Shown here: piece by piece, positions 10,254 through 17,419 of the stretch
Layout: each line of letters starts with the position of its first letter
Numbering within the stretch: position 1 is the first letter of the stretch
IMG/VR virus record: IMGVR_UViG_3300005518_000017
Span: 4,629 to 68,628 of that record
Strand: one strand, 5' to 3'
Source: a virus
DNA length: 64,000 nt
Translations under genes and position numbers: made by a program
The notes under the pieces: generated by a model
The model's database searches: none
What the model was told of the DNA's origin: nothing
Seen by the model: only the letters and a program-made list of their open reading frames with translations

Positions 10254-10334
10254 GCGGTTCGGCACAACAACAATTTATTTGCGGTTCGTCACAACAACAA
10301 TTTATTTGCGGTTCGTCACAACAACAATTTATTT
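10254..10334 (+). repeat. 27-bp tandem repeat x3
   Basis: gcggttcg(g/t)cacaacaacaatttattt at 10254, 10281 and 10308. Confidence 0.95.
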
Positions 10335-10499
10335 AACATTGATTGATGGTATGCCTTTTTGATAAACCCCTACTTGGCCCTCCATATAGTTCATACCCCC
10401 TCCCCCCTCTAGTATACTATATATTCTAATTCTATCCCTTTTCAAAAAACACATACCATCAATCAATGTTAAATAAATTGTTGTTGTGACGAACTGCAA
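10306..10499. repeat. 48-bp inverted repeat (1 mismatch) flanking a 98-bp core with promoter-like sequences
   Basis: Arms 10306-10353 and 10452-10499; core has TTCATA-N17-TATACT (+) and TTGAAA-N18-TATAGT (-). Confidence 0.9.
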
Positions 10500-10504
10500 C
10501 CGCG

Positions 10505-10539
10505 CGTAGCCGAATTTTTGTCGGCAATCGGCGGCGGAG
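10505..10539. repeat. 35-bp perfect inverted copy of 2616-2650
   Basis: cgtagccgaatttttgtcggcaatcggcggcggag is the reverse complement of 2616-2650. Confidence 0.95.
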
Positions 10540-10609
10540 ACGAACCACAACCGCGCACAGCCACTTTTTCGTAGCGCCGGACTGCACGCTGCCTAATACT
10601 ACACTAACT

Positions 10610-10800
10610 TAGTTGGAATTCTTATATTTAATAGTTGACTATCTAGTCAACTATTAAGCGAATCGAATCGAGGAGTTGGGTGTATATAGTTGGAATTCTT
10701 ATATTTAATAGTTGACTATCTAGTCAACTATTAAGCGGATCGAATCGAGGAGTTGGGTGTATACACCCAATGTTTTTACGAGTTGGGTGTATACACCCAA
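10610..10800. repeat. 77-bp tandem duplication with internal palindromes, plus two 18-bp perfect palindromes
   Basis: Units 10610-10686 and 10687-10763 (1 mismatch), each containing ttaatagttgacta-tc-tagtcaactattaa; ttgggtgtatacacccaa at 10753 and 10783. Confidence 0.95.
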
Positions 10801-11061
10801 CCCCTCAGGTAGGCAATATTTGCCGAGCATCTCGATATAAGGTCTAATGGTTGAATGCTCGGCAAGACTTGCCTACTTTTGAGGTCTAACTAGGCAAAAT
10901 AAGGTCGAAACGGCGTGCCGACGACCTGCCGTGACGACGGTTCGGCGTTGCGCCGCGCGGGCGAGGCGGTTAGGCGTTATCGTTAAAGCCATGTGGGGGA
11001 TTTTGCGCGGCGAGGGCCGCTTAGCACTCAAAGGCGGGAATAAAAAATTGGGATCGGGCTT

Positions 11062-11230
11062 TGTAGTTGGCTGAGCGCGCGCTTTGTGACAACTGATGTT
11101 AACGCGAGTGCGCGCTCTGTGACACTGGGATGCGCGCTCTGTGACACTGGAGTGACACTGGAGTGACACTGGAGTGACACTCAGTAATAATTTGTAGTTG
11201 ACAGAGCGCGCGCTTTGTGACACTGATACT
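11062..11230 (+). promoter_or_regulatory. GTGACACT operator/iteron array overlapping the promoter of the RHH gene
   Basis: About 7 copies of gtgaca(ct); ~35-bp direct repeat at 11061/11192; TTGACA at 11198. Confidence 0.7.
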
Positions 11231-11234
11231 GTAT

Positions 11235-11687
11235 ATGAGAAAAACCAAAATGCAAAATATCAGCCTAACCCCCGAAATTACTGCCCGGCTAATCGCCGCA
11301 ATGGCTACCGGGCGCTGGGTCTCGAAGTCAGAATTCTTCCGGTATGCCATTGAGTTGGCGTTCGAGCGGCATAACATCCGGGCGACACCCCTACCGGGAA
11401 AACCTGCTCCGGCTCCCGTCCGTCCAGTAGTGACTTCCGCCCCTCCCGTTGTTCCACTCAAAAAATCGAAGGCCGAGCAGATCGCAGATTCTCTGCGGGA
11501 TACCGGCCCGTGGACCGAGGCAGAGAAGGCTGAGGTTTTTCGTTCCATGCCAACTGTGACGGAATCTGATCCCAAATTTGAAGAGTATTGCCTCTGGGCG
11601 AGAAATATTGCCTCTGGGCGAGAAATATTGCCTCTGGGCGAGAAAATTATGAAAAATAATTGTTGCGTCCCGCCGTCGTTGTGCTAG
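11235..11687 (+). CDS. ribbon-helix-helix (CopG/ParD-like) regulator
   Basis: NISLTPE...GRWVSKSEFFRYAIE; Pro-rich linker; 20-bp repeat x3 near the 3' end. Confidence 0.65.
   Translation: MRKTKMQNISLTPEITARLIAAMATGRWVSKSEFFRYAIELAFERHNIRATPLPGKPAPAPVRPVVTSAPPVVPLKKSKAEQIADSLRDTGPWTEAEKAEVFRSMPTVTESDPKFEEYCLWARNIASGREILPLGEKIMKNNCCVPPSLC
11586..11645 (+). repeat. 20-bp tandem repeat x3 inside the CDS
   Basis: tattgcctctgggcgagaaa x3. Confidence 0.95.
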
Positions 11688-12292
11688 AGTGGCGTGACTG
11701 GGGAGAGACCCCGATCAAATATGAAAAAAAAAGCTAAAATCAAAGTTGAAAAGAAATACCGGATGAAGAATTGCATCAATGCGACTGGCACGTGTGGTCT
11801 TCCCGAATGGTGCGCGGGTCGTCTATGTGTGATAGATCATTTATCAGTTGCCCATTGGCCAAGGGTTCGTTTTTTGAGATGGCCTAAAGATTCTGCGCCC
11901 AACTGGTATGTTAAAGCCGAATACCTCACTCCGGTATGAAAAAAATTATTGCACGCAGTATCATCATTGGGGTCTTTACCGGAGTGGCCACCTTTTTTGC
12001 GGTTAACAACATCGCCGCAAGTCTGCTGCTTGTCGCCGGGATAGCGGTCATTTTAACGTTGGCGTGGGCAATTGGAGAAGCATGAACTTTCTCACCGAAT
12101 CGCCCAACTGGCGGACCGCGATGCGCGAACGGATCGCTTTCAAGCAATTTGTTACGGGGGAGAAACCATTTGTTCAATCCACCTGCCATCCGGTATTCGG
12201 GCTTCAACATCGTGCTCGATCTCTCTTCTATAAGCCCGGACAGATAGTAAGCAAATGTCCAGCCAATTATTTTCCAGTAAACTAAATGAATT

Positions 12293-12604
12293 ATGTGGAC
12301 CCAACGAGAAGCAATTGACCTGTGCATCGCTGTAGAAGCCGCCGCCCCGAAGGCCGGGTGCCATGTGGCTCTGACCGGCGGCTGTTTATACAAAACCACT
12401 TCAGAACCGCGCAAAGATTGCGATTTACTTTTCTACCGGATTCGGCAGAAGCCGAAGATCGATATAGGCCGCCTTTTTTCGCTCCTCGAAGAACTAGGTT
12501 TCAAAAAGATCACCGGGCAGGGATGGCTTTACAAGGCCCGGTATAACGACAAACCGCTCGATCTATTCTTTCCTGAAAATGAAGATGGAGACTACAATCC
12601 ATGA
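12293..12604 (+). CDS. Pol-beta-fold nucleotidyltransferase-like protein
   Basis: HVALTGGCLY...KDCDL...LDLFF. Confidence 0.6.
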   Translation: MWTQREAIDLCIAVEAAAPKAGCHVALTGGCLYKTTSEPRKDCDLLFYRIRQKPKIDIGRLFSLLEELGFKKITGQGWLYKARYNDKPLDLFFPENEDGDYNP

Positions 12605-13005
12605 ACTGGCCGAAACCTAAAAATATGAAAGAGATACACATTAAGCGGTTGCTCAAACTAGCTAAACATCTGCGCAGTGACAAACGCGCGCATAGACGTT
12701 TCGATATTCATACTTACAACGCAGGGGTGTGGTTAGGCCCCGATCAATGCGGCACCGTTGGTTGCGCGATTGGAGAAACGCCCGCAGTGTGGCCCAGCTT
12801 GTTCCGATGGGGGTTTGGCGCGGTCTATTCCCGTCGCAACTCTACCGGGTGTACTCAAGGCGACCATCAGCGATTTTTTGGGTTAACCTCATTGCAATAT
12901 ATACATTTGTTTTTGCCAGCCGGATATGGTTGGGTGGATGTTTCGGCCTTAGTTGTCGCCGAGCGGATTGAGCATTTTTGTTCGGGTCGCCATGAAATTC
13001 CTTAA
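12601..13005 (+). CDS. CGTxGCA-family phage protein, paralog 1
   Basis: RLLKLAKHLR...YN...CGTVGCAIGE.P.VWP...FFGL...LF.P. Confidence 0.75.
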   Translation: MNWPKPKNMKEIHIKRLLKLAKHLRSDKRAHRRFDIHTYNAGVWLGPDQCGTVGCAIGETPAVWPSLFRWGFGAVYSRRNSTGCTQGDHQRFFGLTSLQYIHLFLPAGYGWVDVSALVVAERIEHFCSGRHEIP

Positions 13006-13113
13006 CCTTTTGGTAGACGCTGTGTTCGTAATTTCGCTCCTCTTATTCGCGGCTATAATCGGATTCGGGGTCGGGTCCTTTATTTCAGACGTAGTTAGAT
13101 TGAGTGTTCACCT

Positions 13114-13383
13114 ATGGTATTCCTTATGATCTCTGGGACACTTGCGCTTCTTTTCACCAGCCAGTTCGCCTATGTGTTCTTACTCGGAATACAACAGGTC
13201 AATGTCCATAAGGGCTACCGGCTCCGCGCGTTCTTGAATTCTTTCGGAATTGGACTGTGCCAAATCGCCGCGCTCTGGTTTATACCGCACGCGCGGACCT
13301 TCACTGAATTCGCGGTCTTTTTGATTGCCGGGCCGGTAGGAATCGTCGCGATGATGATATTTTATCCTGTAATCAAAAAATAA
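13114..13383 (+). CDS. small membrane protein (about 3 TM)
   Basis: Three hydrophobic segments. Confidence 0.6.
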   Translation: MVFLMISGTLALLFTSQFAYVFLLGIQQVNVHKGYRLRAFLNSFGIGLCQIAALWFIPHARTFTEFAVFLIAGPVGIVAMMIFYPVIKK

Positions 13384-13386
13384 TTG

Positions 13387-13415
13387 TTGACTTTGTTTTT
13401 CGAGTCTGATACAGT
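13387..13415 (+). promoter_or_regulatory. sigma70-type promoter
   Basis: TTGACT-N17-TACAGT, 10 nt upstream of ATG 13425. Confidence 0.55.
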
Positions 13416-13424
13416 ATTCATAAT

Positions 13425-13853
13425 ATGAGAAAGATTTACATCAACCGGCTTCTGAAATTGGCCAAACATTTGCGCAGTGGAAAGCTGGCGCACAAGAGAT
13501 TTAATTTCACTCACTACAACAACGGCAGCTTCGATGGAAATAGCTGCGGCACCTCCGGGTGTGCCATTGGAGAAGCCCCCGTAGTGTGGCCTAAACTTTT
13601 TGAGTGGAAAAGACATCTGGTCTTCGCTAAGGAAGATTCTACCGGGTATGTCTGTGATGACTTTTGCCGGTTCTTCGGGTTGCGGTTATCCGGATATGAA
13701 AAATTATTCATCCCATATTCACTCGAATACAACAAATCAAAACTATCCACATGTGCAACGGCGGTCGATGTCGCCGAGCACATTGAAAAATTCTGCGTCG
13801 AGGCGTCGAGGCGTCGAGGCGTCAAAGGCCCGGCAGATCGAGCGGGAACGTAA
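13425..13853 (+). CDS. CGTxGCA-family phage protein, paralog 2
   Basis: Same motifs (CGTSGCAIGEAPVVWP). Confidence 0.75.
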   Translation: MRKIYINRLLKLAKHLRSGKLAHKRFNFTHYNNGSFDGNSCGTSGCAIGEAPVVWPKLFEWKRHLVFAKEDSTGYVCDDFCRFFGLRLSGYEKLFIPYSLEYNKSKLSTCATAVDVAEHIEKFCVEASRRRGVKGPADRAGT

Positions 13854-13889
13854 CCGGCTTTATCATGTCAGCGTAGGCACCATCGTGGT

Positions 13890-14255
13890 ATGATAAAAAC
13901 TATCCTTTGTATCTGCGGCGCGTGGGTCAGTTACGACACCACGAAGACGCGAGGCCGCAAGATGTGTGATGCCTGCTTGCCGATTCAGCGCGTAAAGGAT
14001 GAGCAACGACGTGCCGTTGCCCGCCGTGAGATACAGCATCGGGAACAATCCCGGCGCGCTTCGCTCCATGCCGAATTGATCACCCTCGGAGGCCCCAAGA
14101 TTTTTCGGGTGATCGAAGCTGCCGCCGAGCGGACGCAAGAAGAAACTGGAAAGATTCTCAATCTGTCGGGGGAAGCAGTCCGATTGATCGAAATGGAAGC
14201 CCTGATCAAACTGTTTAAACAATACCAAAAGTTACAAAACCTTCGAGACATATGA
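13890..14255 (+). CDS. Zn-finger plus sigma70 region-4-like HTH protein
   Basis: CICG...CDAC; RTQEETGKILNLSGEAVRLIEMEALIKL resembles sigma region 4.2. Confidence 0.7.
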   Translation: MIKTILCICGAWVSYDTTKTRGRKMCDACLPIQRVKDEQRRAVARREIQHREQSRRASLHAELITLGGPKIFRVIEAAAERTQEETGKILNLSGEAVRLIEMEALIKLFKQYQKLQNLRDI

Positions 14256-14466
14256 ACGAGAACTACGAACAAGACTATGGCATCGGCAAATTTGTGTTTG
14301 TCGCCAAAGTCCAAAATGAGCACACAAAATCGGGAACTGAAACCGTGGAATTCACTATCGAGTTGGACGCGGATTACGACTTCTCAGTCGCGAGAGGCCG
14401 GGCGGTATTTGCAGTGCTGTTTCCCAAATTGAAAGTCGAGCAAGTGCTCCGCTGCGGGAGGATTAC

Positions 14467-14895
14467 ATGAAAGTCAGGACTGGACGGCTTCTTCGTTTGG
14501 CCCGGCATCTTCGCAAGGGGAAATTGGCCCACAAGATTTTTTATTTTGGGGCTTACAATATCACGGTTATTCCAAAACCGGGAACCGTTTTCCCACTGCG
14601 GGCTCACCTTGAACCCGAAACGTGCGGCACGCAAGGATGCGCGTGGGGCGAATGTCCGGTCCTTTGGCCGAAGCAACTTATGTGGGATGGTAACGCAGTT
14701 AGAATGCGGCGCGGAGCCACTGGATTCGTTATCAACGATGCCGCCAAATTTTTTGGTCTTACTTATCAGGAGGCCATTCAGATATTCGTTCCGGGAAAAC
14801 TGACCGATCGCGCGACGAAGGAACAAGTTGCGCGCGAGATTGAAGACTTTTGTCGCGAAGCGCGCGACAGTAACAAGTGGCTCCGAGAGAGTTGA
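14467..14895 (+). CDS. CGTxGCA-family phage protein, paralog 3
   Basis: CGTQGCAWGECPVLWP; carries an insertion before CGT. Confidence 0.75.
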   Translation: MKVRTGRLLRLARHLRKGKLAHKIFYFGAYNITVIPKPGTVFPLRAHLEPETCGTQGCAWGECPVLWPKQLMWDGNAVRMRRGATGFVINDAAKFFGLTYQEAIQIFVPGKLTDRATKEQVAREIEDFCREARDSNKWLRES

Positions 14896-14925
14896 CCCGA
14901 CCGCCGGACCGGCGCACTGTTAAAT

Positions 14926-15765
14926 ATGAAACCGTTCAAAGTCGTCGTCCAGTCTCTCGTATTGTCTTCACTACTGCTCGGAGGGTTCGCGACCTTTCTT
15001 CAGTGCCGTAATTATATTGAATCTGTTACTGGTGCTGGCGATACGGCTAAATGCGAAACTGCGCAGCGGCAGACTGTCCTCGTGGCGACGGTGCATGGAA
15101 GCGGCAGCGGGTTCGTGGTTCTCAGGAAAAACATCGACGGCAAAACACGCGTCTTTGTGTGGACCGCCGCCCATGTGGTAGAGGGTGTCGATACCGCGAC
15201 GGTCAGGCTAACGTTTCGCAACGAGTCGCACAAAGCCGGTCTTGCGGTTTTTAATGCGCGGGTAGTCTACCGGACCCCCGGCGTTGACGCCGCGCTGATT
15301 CAGGTGGATGCCCCGCCCAGTTTTTTTGTGAATACTGAATTTGATTTTTCGGTGCCGAGAGTCGGGACGCCAATATATCATGTGGGGAATTTGTTCGGGG
15401 ATAATTTTGACGGGAGTTTTACAACTGGAGTGCTGTCTCAGGTCGGAGTGCAGATTGCAGGATGGCCGTGGAGACTATTGGATCAAACCACTTCTCTCGC
15501 GGTTCCGGGGTCTTCCGGCGGTCCGATTTTCAACGGTAGGAACCGGAAGGTGTTGGGAATTCTAGTGGGGGGTCCCGGCGTCCCCGGAATCTCGTGCTAT
15601 ATCCCGGTCCGGGAATTGCAGAGTGCAGTCAACCCAGACATGGATTGGATGTTCAAAGATAAAATGTGCCCATCGGATAGGTTGCTCGATGCCATCGTCA
15701 ACACCACGAAACTTTTAAAAATCGTGACGGCGTTGACCGGAGAGACTGAATCTCGCACTAGGTAA
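14926..15765 (+). CDS. membrane-anchored/secreted trypsin-like serine protease
   Basis: N-terminal hydrophobic segment; GSGF, TAAHVV, DAAL, PGSSGGP. Confidence 0.9.
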   Translation: MKPFKVVVQSLVLSSLLLGGFATFLQCRNYIESVTGAGDTAKCETAQRQTVLVATVHGSGSGFVVLRKNIDGKTRVFVWTAAHVVEGVDTATVRLTFRNESHKAGLAVFNARVVYRTPGVDAALIQVDAPPSFFVNTEFDFSVPRVGTPIYHVGNLFGDNFDGSFTTGVLSQVGVQIAGWPWRLLDQTTSLAVPGSSGGPIFNGRNRKVLGILVGGPGVPGISCYIPVRELQSAVNPDMDWMFKDKMCPSDRLLDAIVNTTKLLKIVTALTGETESRTR

Positions 15766-15768
15766 TAT

Positions 15769-15996
15769 ATGGGAAATTTCTTGTTAGCCGGAGAGCGGAC
15801 AACCCTTGAATGGGTTGCAACCTATCTGGAAAAAGGCGGCAGCGATCATCCTCTTGATGAAAAAGCAGCCGACGAGTTGTCCAAGCATTATTCAACTTTC
15901 GGTTATGACTCCGAAGTGAAGATGCGCGAAGACCTGCGCGATGCGCCGGTGACTACGCTTTTGGGTGTCATCCTGTATATGGATGACCGGACTTGA
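15769..15996 (+). CDS. 75-aa protein homologous to the N-terminus of 16570..17244
   Basis: PLDEKAADELSK...G vs PLDERAATELSK...G. Confidence 0.65.
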   Translation: MGNFLLAGERTTLEWVATYLEKGGSDHPLDEKAADELSKHYSTFGYDSEVKMREDLRDAPVTTLLGVILYMDDRT

Positions 15997-16001
15997 TTTT
16001 T

Positions 16002-16078
16002 TGCGGGGTGGAGCAGCCCGGTAGCTCAGCACGCTCATAACGTGAAGGTCGCAAGTTCAAATCTTGCTCCCGCAACCA
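16002..16078 (+). tRNA. tRNA-Met(CAT), initiator-like scaffold, CCA encoded
   Basis: Acceptor TGCGGGG/TCCCGCA+ACCA; D arm GAGC/GCTC; anticodon loop CT-CAT-AA; T arm GCAAG-TTCAAAT-CTTGC. Confidence 0.93.
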
Positions 16079-16082
16079 ATAC

Positions 16083-16139
16083 GCGGAAAGTCCGGGTGCA
16101 AATCCCGGCTTACTTGTGGTGTAACAGTAGCACAGCCGC
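16083..16139 (+). ncRNA. circularly permuted tRNA-elbow mimic (T arm before D arm)
   Basis: GCGG..CCGC closing stem; T arm CCGGG-TGCAAAT-CCCGG; then TG-GTGT-AACAGTA-GCAC D arm. Confidence 0.6.
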
Positions 16140-16151
16140 ACAATTTAAAAA

Positions 16152-16568
16152 ATGAAAGTGAAAAATATGCCCATACCAAAGAAATGTTTCAGATTTGAGG
16201 GAACCGGTGCCACGCGCCCCGTGTTTGGAACCGATGGCGTAATCTATATTGACGATGGGGGTAACTCCAATCTTCGGTATGTCTACAACCCGAATCAAGC
16301 GTGGGTGGATTTCAACGAATTTGGCGGCAACGCGCCGTTAGGTTGGAGTGTTAGCCCGTGGGATGGCGCACCGGTCTGGACTTCTCTCGGTGGCGTGAAT
16401 AGCGCGGCGCTGATCCCGAAAGATATTCTGGATAGTCCCGGACTTCAGATCAAGCATGGCGGGGCGTCTCCGCCTATTGGTCCATACCAAGGCGACGTTT
16501 CTCCGTATCGAAGCGGCTTCTGGACGGTTGATGCCGCCGGAGTCGCAAAGTGGCTTGTGGAGGTGTAA
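16152..16568 (+). CDS. hypothetical Gly/Pro/Trp-rich beta protein
   Basis: Co-oriented ORF after an A-rich leader. Confidence 0.6.
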   Translation: MKVKNMPIPKKCFRFEGTGATRPVFGTDGVIYIDDGGNSNLRYVYNPNQAWVDFNEFGGNAPLGWSVSPWDGAPVWTSLGGVNSAALIPKDILDSPGLQIKHGGASPPIGPYQGDVSPYRSGFWTVDAAGVAKWLVEV

Positions 16569-16569
16569 T

Positions 16570-17244
16570 ATGGCACTCACCGGAGCACAGTTGGATATCT
16601 TGGCGTTTGTCCAACGCTATACCCGGCAAACTGGGACCGGGCCGCTAGACGAGCGCGCGGCTACGGAACTTTCCAAACTCTGGGAGCCGCTAGGTTTCAC
16701 GAGTCAACTCGATCTACTGCATCGGCTGCAAGATGAACCGTTCCTCACAGTATTTTCATCCCTCAAGACCTTACTTGAAACCGGGGGCGGGGGAGACTGC
16801 CCGGATTGTCCGGATTGCCCGGAATGCCCACCCGATAGACCCAATGGGGACCCGATAACATTTTTTGGCGGAGGTGCTGGATATTTTATGGTCTCTGTTG
16901 CCAAAGACTTTGAGTATGCTTGGCTTCCTACAATTGGCGACCTGAATGCTTGGGGTGCGGGCAGTTCAACGCCCGGTTGGTATTTCTATGACGGCGTTGC
17001 TGTTTCTTTTTTGGGCGCTGGGCCAACCACTTTGGTGCCTGAAATATTTGCTCTTAATTTTGATAGATTATTTATTTCGCCTTCCGGGACAGGCGCGGGG
17101 ACGTGGGATATCCGTCCGGGTGACGGTGCCGCCGAGTCTGGATTTTCTGCTCAGTGGGATACAAGACTTCGTTTTGGAAAAGTGTATCCCGGAGTTGCTA
17201 CGTGGACAGATGGCAGTAGTTTTAACTATATTGAATACCCGTAA
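16570..17244 (+). CDS. two-domain protein with a (DCP)n linker, possible virion decoration protein
   Basis: Helical N-domain shared with 15769; GGGGDCPDCPDCPECPP linker; aromatic beta-rich C-domain. Confidence 0.6.
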   Translation: MALTGAQLDILAFVQRYTRQTGTGPLDERAATELSKLWEPLGFTSQLDLLHRLQDEPFLTVFSSLKTLLETGGGGDCPDCPDCPECPPDRPNGDPITFFGGGAGYFMVSVAKDFEYAWLPTIGDLNAWGAGSSTPGWYFYDGVAVSFLGAGPTTLVPEIFALNFDRLFISPSGTGAGTWDIRPGDGAAESGFSAQWDTRLRFGKVYPGVATWTDGSSFNYIEYP

Positions 17245-17419
17245 TTGGTTATGGAACCCATTGAAAAACCAAACGGCGACGACAGCGGCCAGAACCCGGC
17301 ATGGCCGGGTGAAGACCTTCAGAAACCCGGAACGCGCAAGCGGGACGAAGACCGGGACGAAGTTACGATAATTCCAATTATCCGTTGACAATCCAGTAGT
17401 CGCATAGTATTCTATACCT

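Noticed and set aside
10254-10560. CRISPR or mini-array interpretation of the 27-bp repeats and the 35-bp self-matching segment flanked by acgaacNNcaaccgcgc
   Set aside because: The 27-bp units are contiguous with no spacers; the two flanking 17-mers are short and imperfect; no cas genes are present.
10753-10800. Protelomerase (telRL) hairpin-telomere site
   Set aside because: The palindromes are short and duplicated, and no tyrosine-recombinase-like protelomerase was recognised in the window.
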